In this document: in pieces, positions 61,854 through 64,000 of the stretch
How the letters are laid out: each line of letters starts with the position of its first letter
How positions within the stretch are numbered: the stretch's first letter is position 1
IMG/VR virus record: IMGVR_UViG_3300003690_003472
Coordinates: 96,001 to 160,000 of that record
Reading direction: 5' to 3' (one strand)
Length of the DNA: 64,000 nt
From: a virus
The notes under the pieces: generated by a model
What the model saw: only the letters and a program-made list of their open reading frames with translations
Told to the model about the DNA's origin: nothing
Database searches by the model: none
Program-made: the position numbers and the translations under genes

Positions 61854-62513
61854 TTGACGACGCAAATCACAGCTCGTATTCAAAAAGTTATTGATTTTAA
61901 TAAACAACATTCTGTTTTGAGCGCGTGGGAAAATGGATTCTTGGAATCTGTTTTTAGCCAAGCGCAGCGAAAAGGGCAACTATCTATAAAGCAAATAGAA
62001 ATATTTGAAAAAGCTGAAATAAAATGCACCTCCGAGGCACTTGAAGAAGCAAAAGCTTGGACGAAGTTGTATCGAATTCAGCATCAAGAAACTGCTAAGA
62101 TTTGCGCGCGCTATTACAAGATTACTGGCTATTTCAGCGATTTGTCAGCTAATATACTTGGCGACTCCGAATTCGTCCCCAGTGAGCGCCAATATAAGAA
62201 AATGTGCGAGAACAAGTACGCCCAGAAAGTGCTTGCCATGGCCAATGCAAAGCCATTGTATACCATTGGTACCACCATTGTCATACGACGTCCAGCACTC
62301 AAATATAATAATCGCCATCTAGAACTGGTGCCGTGTTTGGTGCTGGAAGTTTTAGATGAAATAAAATCTGCTGCAAAAGGCGCAAAACAATACAGAGTTT
62401 TACCATATGGTGAAGCTGCCCCACTAGTGCTCGAAGAACGACAAATCAAAAAATGCAAACCCGGCGCTAAAAAAAAGTCAAAGAAAAAATCTTTTGACGA
62501 CATACCATTTTAA
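61854..62513 (+). CDS. Early hypothetical protein
   Basis: GAGGAGAGG RBS, TTG start. LSAWENGFLESV...LSIKQ N-domain and SH3-like C-domain. Confidence 0.65.
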   Translation: MTTQITARIQKVIDFNKQHSVLSAWENGFLESVFSQAQRKGQLSIKQIEIFEKAEIKCTSEALEEAKAWTKLYRIQHQETAKICARYYKITGYFSDLSANILGDSEFVPSERQYKKMCENKYAQKVLAMANAKPLYTIGTTIVIRRPALKYNNRHLELVPCLVLEVLDEIKSAAKGAKQYRVLPYGEAAPLVLEERQIKKCKPGAKKKSKKKSFDDIPF

Positions 62514-62525
62514 TCAAAAAACTTC

Positions 62526-62554
62526 TTGACATTTCCTCAAATATTTGAGATAAT
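62526..62554 (+). promoter_or_regulatory. sigma70-type early promoter with a 14-bp palindrome in the spacer
   Basis: TTGACA-N17-GATAAT. CTCAAATATTTGAG at 62536-62549. Confidence 0.75.
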
Positions 62555-62586
62555 ACATAAGTACCTAGCAAAAAAGGAGAAAAATT

Positions 62587-63225
62587 TTGAGCTGGAACAA
62601 TACGGTAACTTGCAGTTGGTGTTATACCACAGGACACAACAGGAGTAGCTGTTCTGAGAGAAAACAACATATTGCTGACCGGCCCGATTCATATGAGGCC
62701 CAACGCGACCATGAGCGTAGAAATAGAGGTCGCAGATGTAGTTATTGTGAGGGTCATGGTCACACACGTCGCACATGTGCTAACAAGAAAGAAGATCGCA
62801 AGAATCTTCTCATAAAAAACAAACAGTTGCGAGCTGAAGCATACGAGCACTTTTGCACTGAAGGGTTAGCCCCCGGTACATTGTTTACTATGAATCATTG
62901 GAATCGAGGCAAGGTGGCAGCAATGGTTAACCGTTTGCAATGGGAAAGAATTCGTGTTGACAATGGATTTACAATAAGTAGTTTCCGAACAGGCCATGGC
63001 GCTTTTATTGTATATACACAACTCAGCACGGGTGACAACGGTCACATAGTAGGAATGGGCGAAATTGAACAAATTGTTAGCCCTGTTTCTTCCGATGCTG
63101 TTTCCATAGGCATGCCCAAAGGTTGGTTGGATAGCACAGACGAGCAAACAATCTATGCGCTGGATGAGCTTCAAAAAGAGCGCACTTCAGGGTACGTACG
63201 CCAACATTATCTTGAAGACGCTTAA
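62587..63225 (+). CDS. Protein with two CCHC zinc knuckles
   Basis: CSWCYTTGHNRSSC and CSYCEGHGHTRRTC. Confidence 0.8.
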   Translation: MSWNNTVTCSWCYTTGHNRSSCSERKQHIADRPDSYEAQRDHERRNRGRRCSYCEGHGHTRRTCANKKEDRKNLLIKNKQLRAEAYEHFCTEGLAPGTLFTMNHWNRGKVAAMVNRLQWERIRVDNGFTISSFRTGHGAFIVYTQLSTGDNGHIVGMGEIEQIVSPVSSDAVSIGMPKGWLDSTDEQTIYALDELQKERTSGYVRQHYLEDA

Positions 63226-63252
63226 AAAAAACAAAAAAAAACAAAAAAACTC

Positions 63253-63281
63253 TTGACAAAATCCTCTTCATATGAGATAAT
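63253..63281 (+). promoter_or_regulatory. sigma70-type early promoter with a long A-tract UP element
   Basis: TTGACA-N17-GATAAT preceded by A tracts at about 63224-63249. Confidence 0.8.
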
Positions 63282-63320
63282 TATAATCAAGAAGGGTCGA
63301 AAAACAAAGGAGCTTAAAAC

Positions 63321-64000
63321 ATGGCAATCGACTTCAAAACATTTCTTTCCTGCGCACCCCACGTCATCGCAGTTCGCAAACCCATTCTCCTTCGTGGTCG
63401 TCACGGTGTCGGTAAATCCGAGGTCGTCTATCAAGTAGCTGAGAGCATAAATCTGCCTGTCGTAGAGCGACGCGCTTCTCAGATGACAGAAGGCGACTTG
63501 CTAGGCATGCCTTCCCCTGAGTTTGTCGAAATTAACGGTGAACAAGCTTCCGTTTTCCGGCCCTTCTCTTGGTTCATTCAAGCTTGTACGGAGCCTGTCG
63601 TCCTGTTTTTGGACGAAGTTGACCGCGCAACCCAAGAGGTACGCCAAGGCATCTTTGAATTGACGGATAGTCGGAAACTTGCAGGTTGGACCTTGCACAA
63701 GGATACCATCGTTGTTGCTGCTGTTAATGGCGGCGAGCATGGTGACCAATACCAAGTCAACGAAATGGACCCAGCGGAATTAGACCGCTATACTGTTTTT
63801 GACATTGAGCCCTCTATTGAAGACTGGCTTGTGTGGGCAAAAGAAAATACTCACGGCATCATTTGGGATTTCATTAATCAGAATCGTAACCATCTTGACC
63901 ATAAAGATGATTTTGAGCCGAACAAGGTATATCCTTCGCGTCGTTCATGGAAGCGACTAAACGATTGTTTGGTTGAAGCAAGCGCAATAGAAGAAGCTTC
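63321..64000 (+). CDS. MoxR-like AAA+ ATPase (3'-truncated, not in ORF track)
   Basis: AAGGAG RBS. Walker A GRHGVGKS, Walker B LFLDEVDR, AAVN, MDPAELDRY. Confidence 0.88.
   Translation, partial: MAIDFKTFLSCAPHVIAVRKPILLRGRHGVGKSEVVYQVAESINLPVVERRASQMTEGDLLGMPSPEFVEINGEQASVFRPFSWFIQACTEPVVLFLDEVDRATQEVRQGIFELTDSRKLAGWTLHKDTIVVAAVNGGEHGDQYQVNEMDPAELDRYTVFDIEPSIEDWLVWAKENTHGIIWDFINQNRNHLDHKDDFEPNKVYPSRRSWKRLNDCLVEASAIEEA

Noticed and set aside
914-63760. The many minus-strand and nested plus-strand ORFs in the six-frame track
   Set aside because: They lie wholly over well-supported + strand genes, lack RBS or promoters, and show no family motifs. They are shadow ORFs.
1-64000. Stop-codon reassignment (alternative genetic code)
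   Set aside because: Large conserved genes are intact in code 11, and TAA, TAG and TGA all end genes at expected family C-termini. No suppressor tRNA seen.
1-64000. CRISPR array, DGR, integrase or IS element
   Set aside because: No repeat-spacer periodicity, reverse transcriptase, recombinase or transposase motifs found. The 249-nt duplication is in-frame with no adenine-specific mismatch pattern.

Overview
A 64-kb segment of an AT-rich, large (jumbo-type) tailed phage with T4-like contractile-tail morphogenesis genes. All credible genes are on the + strand and use the standard genetic code. 0-27 kb is the virion module: prohead protease, ribosomal protein bS21, a fibre-like repeat protein, a triple-LamG protein, scaffold, major capsid, neck, sheath, tube, tail chaperone with a probable frameshift, tape measure and baseplate. 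27-48 kb is replication and metabolism: minimal family-A polymerase, degenerate tubulin/FtsZ-like protein, gp32-like SSB, RecA/UvsX, 5'-3' exonuclease, four tRNAs, DnaB-like helicase, class II RNR, DnaE and dUTPase. 48-61 kb carries the endolysin, IMPDH/GMPR, a stand-alone sigma region 4, ClpP, GroEL, glutaredoxin and an envelope-related cassette. 61-64 kb looks like the start of an early region with strong sigma70-type promoters. Two promoter classes are visible: TTGACA-N16-18-TAnnnT and a candidate late element (A/T)CTAnTTA. The strongest novelty candidates are (1) a tRNA-Val(UAC) gene split at 32/33 by a 117-nt structured insert that fits no standard intron class, (2) a homolog of the gliding-motility protein GltF/CglF next to lipid-modifying enzymes, pointing to a Myxococcota/Bdellovibrionota-type host, (3) a sigma-region-4 protein lacking the -35-reading residues, and (4) a +1/-2 slippery site in the tail chaperone. 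All family calls come from motif recognition by eye; no database search was run.
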